Shown: in pieces, positions 62,226-64,000 of the stretch
How the letters are laid out: each line of letters opens with the position of its first letter
Numbering within the stretch: the first letter of the stretch is position 1
Assembly (NCBI GenBank): GCA_044344255.1
Contig: JBIJDH010000002.1
Span: 256,001-320,000, forward strand
DNA length: 64,000 nucleotides
Direction: 5' to 3'
DNA from: Myxococcota bacterium
GTDB taxonomy: Bacteria > Myxococcota_A > UBA796 > UBA2385
The notes under the pieces: generated by a model
Database searches by the model: none
The model's input: the letters and a program-made list of their open reading frames with translations, nothing else
Told to the model about the DNA's origin: nothing
Made by a program: the position numbers and the translations under genes

Positions 62226-64000
62226 TCAGGCGCCGGCTTCCTCGGTCGGAGGTGAGAGGGCGCTCGGCATCGAGGCGAGCTGCATGGACAGCCAGAGGCG
62301 GTTGAGGGACTCCGCCTCGCGCACGGTCAACGAATTGAAGGCGCAGCCCGCCCGACGAAGCTCGGGGAGGTCGGGGAGGGCCTTCGTGTACCGAACCACC
62401 GCCGCGACGCGGACTTGATGGTTACGGAAGCGGATGTCGAAGACGAGGGGTGTCCCCACCTCCACGCTGGCGGGCAACAGCAGGCTGCAGCCGCCGAGCG
62501 AGAGGTTGGAGAGGTGGACCTTCTCGCTCCCGTCGCCGTTCGGCCAGGGGAGACGGGGAGAGATCGTGGACCAGAGCTCCAAAGAGCCCACAGCGCGAAA
62601 GCTGGCGCGGCGATCGGAGCGGCCAAGGTAGACGATGTCCTCGACGCGGGCCTCGCGCTCCGCCGTCACGAGGCCGGGGAGCGTCACCGGCAGCCGGGCG
62701 CCGATGATGCGGCGAAGGTTCTCGGCGTAGATGCTACGGATGCGCATCGGCGGCCGGATCAGGTGGCAGACGTCGGTGGGGTCGGTCTCGTGGGAGATCC
62801 GCTCGCGGACCTCGTCCACCTCGATCGCCGGCTCGTCGGCCTCCACGTGTCCCGTGCCGTCCAGGCGCAACACCCGGAGCTCGTCCCCGTGCATCACGAG
62901 CTGGGCCCGCTCGAAGCAGGAGCGCCCAACATGCTTCCAGACGCTGGCGACGAAGTCTGGGCGCTGCTGGCGGCGGGCGAGGCGCCCCAAGGTGAGGGGG
63001 TCGGTGCAGACGCCCCCCGGCTCGCTGGGGGGATCGTCCACGAGGGTCATGGGCAGGAGGCGCTCGGCGATCTGGTCGAATTCGCCGAGCGCGTCGTCCA
63101 TCAGGAAGGAGTGTCGCTCACTTCGGGTCTCCAAGGTGAGGTGATCGCGCTCGGCCCCTTCGACGGCCACCCTCCGTACGGTGGACCAAGGGACCTCCCT
63201 CGCCTCACCTTCATGGACGAGCCCAGTGAGCCCGTGGACGGCGAAGTGAAAGCCATGATCGGTCATCAGCATCTTGCCGGTCTGCTGAACGGGCCCTCGG
63301 GTCACGCCGATGTCGATCAGCCGCAGGCCGCTCGAGCGGAGCGGCCGCTGGGCGCCGACGCCCATGGCGACGAGGGCTCCGAACACCGGCCACACCAGGG
63401 CGCCCTCCAGCCGCACCTCGCCCGCGGGGGTGGAGATGACGAGGAGGCGACCGGCGTGCAGGAGGGTCGTGTGGGAGATGTCCCGGTGCGCGACGGACCA
63501 CTCCGCGCGGTTCAGCAGCAGGCGCTCAAGGCCGCTCGGTCGGAAGCGGAGGCCGTCGGTGGTGAGCCTCAGCTCGCCGGCGGTCGACATGAGGCCGTCG
63601 GTGGAGCGGGTGGCGGAGCCGCAGATGAGCAGGCGCCCCGGGGCTTCGGAGGCTGGCTGCGAGAGCAGCACCTGGAGGAGCGAGACGGCGATTGCGTCGT
63701 TGTACTTGCTGACCAGCTTTCGGCGCTCCGAGCCCGCGTGGACGACCAGGTTTCGGTCGACTCCGACCATCTGGAGGTGGTCCAGGGATTGGAGAGGGAG
63801 CGCCCAGCCGCCCCGCGTGGCCGGCTCGAATTTGACCTCGCCACTTTCGACCGAGATAAAGCCGCGGCGAGACAACAGGCCGGTGTTGTCGAGCACCGCG
63901 AAGCGCAGGGGCGGGGCCCCCGCTCCGCCACCGAGCGTCTGCTCGGGAGCGCCGGCGTGGGCGGCCGTCGAGGGCAGAGCGGATGGCGCTGAAGCGACGG
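62226..64000 (-). CDS. PilZ-domain protein with N-terminal PH-like repeats (5' end beyond window)
   Basis: DRRASFR and NLSLGG c-di-GMP motifs; GELRLTTDGLRFRP, GKMLMTDHGFHF; frame open to window edge. Confidence 0.75.
   Translation of the reverse strand, partial: VASAPSALPSTAAHAGAPEQTLGGGAGAPPLRFAVLDNTGLLSRRGFISVESGEVKFEPATRGGWALPLQSLDHLQMVGVDRNLVVHAGSERRKLVSKYNDAIAVSLLQVLLSQPASEAPGRLLICGSATRSTDGLMSTAGELRLTTDGLRFRPSGLERLLLNRAEWSVAHRDISHTTLLHAGRLLVISTPAGEVRLEGALVWPVFGALVAMGVGAQRPLRSSGLRLIDIGVTRGPVQQTGKMLMTDHGFHFAVHGLTGLVHEGEAREVPWSTVRRVAVEGAERDHLTLETRSERHSFLMDDALGEFDQIAERLLPMTLVDDPPSEPGGVCTDPLTLGRLARRQQRPDFVASVWKHVGRSCFERAQLVMHGDELRVLRLDGTGHVEADEPAIEVDEVRERISHETDPTDVCHLIRPPMRIRSIYAENLRRIIGARLPVTLPGLVTAEREARVEDIVYLGRSDRRASFRAVGSLELWSTISPRLPWPNGDGSEKVHLSNLSLGGCSLLLPASVEVGTPLVFDIRFRNHQVRVAAVVRYTKALPDLPELRRAGCAFNSLTVREAESLNRLWLSMQLASMPSALSPPTEEAGA

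Overview
High-GC bacterial chromosome segment, most likely Myxococcota (MYXO-CTERM-type protein, several Ser/Thr kinases, PEGA/GYF/PilZ proteins, Oar-like TonB receptor), with about 50 densely packed genes. Recognisable housekeeping genes are rarA, xth, ttcA, selB, rocD, an argA-like GNAT, a CobW GTPase, an aconitase-family fusion and wzt. I found no rRNA, tRNA, CRISPR array or transposase. The strongest candidate for an undescribed system is a visibly lower-GC cluster at about 51.3-56.2 kb. It holds a 76-aa NHLP-clan (Os1348/Franean1_4349-like) peptide with almost no core, followed in one apparent operon by a class II terpene-cyclase/prenyltransferase-like protein and a multi-TM class III adenylate cyclase. 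Divergent from these is an RRE(PqqD)-fused M50 intramembrane peptidase. Together they suggest a lipidated-peptide signal with cAMP output; this is inference. Smaller signals include triplicated 8-15 bp repeats at gene junctions, recurrent leaderless TANNNT-start architecture and tandem ARG-box-like sites. All family calls come from motif recognition by eye, not from database searches.
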